Source: a virus (Duplodnaviria; Caudoviricetes). From it: 64,000 nucleotides of DNA. The stretch spans positions 1 to 64,000 of IMG/VR virus record IMGVR_UViG_3300014204_000169; one strand, 5' to 3'. The position numbers and the translations under genes were made by a program. Positions 63,963 through 64,000 of the stretch are shown piece by piece. Within the stretch, counting starts at the first letter, position 1; the number at the start of each line of letters is the position of its first letter. Below the pieces are notes generated by a model. That model was not told the origin of the DNA. It saw nothing but the letters and a program-made list of their open reading frames with translations, and made no database searches.

Positions 63963-64000
63963 TCATGGAAATTACTATAAAGCTATCAACTGGAAAAGAA

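Noticed and set aside
1-64000. CRISPR array, tRNA, rRNA, integrase, reverse transcriptase/DGR
   Set aside because: No regularly spaced repeat-spacer array, cloverleaf, tyrosine/serine recombinase motif or YxDD RT motif recognised by eye; a formal scan was not possible
1-64000. Stop-codon reassignment
   Set aside because: Long genes are intact in code 11 and end in TAA, TAG and TGA; the isolated in-frame TAAs are better explained as lesions

Overview
This window is a 64-kb segment of an AT-rich (~30% GC) tailed dsDNA phage genome with siphovirus architecture: tail tube, G/GT chaperone frameshift and a 1691-aa tape measure, with no sheath gene. Terminase, portal and capsid genes are not in the window. 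The + strand (1-19.7 kb) is the late operon. It carries at least eight glycan-tailoring genes (4 glycosyltransferase domains, 4 SAM methyltransferases, 1 sulfotransferase) directly upstream of the neck and tail genes. It ends in a ~4.5-kb GC-rich module encoding the distal tail tip, holin-like genes and a beta-helix tailspike. A bidirectional terminator at ~19.8 kb separates this operon from a long minus-strand arm. That arm holds nucleotide metabolism genes (ThyA-like, dCMP deaminase, MazG-like) and a T4-style recombination set (RecA, UvsY-like, gp32-like SSB, split SbcC, SbcD, resolvase, SF2 helicase). It also holds a hybrid replisome (split UDG-Exo/PolA, DnaX, DnaN, DnaB, DnaG, and a lambda-O-like initiator with internal iterons), a truncated sigma factor and many small early ORFs. 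A mostly non-coding control region at 60.8-63.4 kb probably lies near the genome end. The most notable unexplained signals are: (1) strong enrichment of the dyad TTASTAA (often TTTASTAAA), peaking in the control region and recurring in RBS-ATG spacers and hairpin loops; (2) the glycosyl/methyl/sulfo cluster in the virion operon; (3) a ~180-nt nested structured element closed by a perfect 16-bp inverted repeat; (4) an RBS-sequestering pseudoknot ahead of the replication genes; (5) a start-less DnaJ-type zinc-finger frame reachable from SSB by -1 slippage on A9. All product calls come from motif recognition by eye, without database searches, and all counts are hand tallies.
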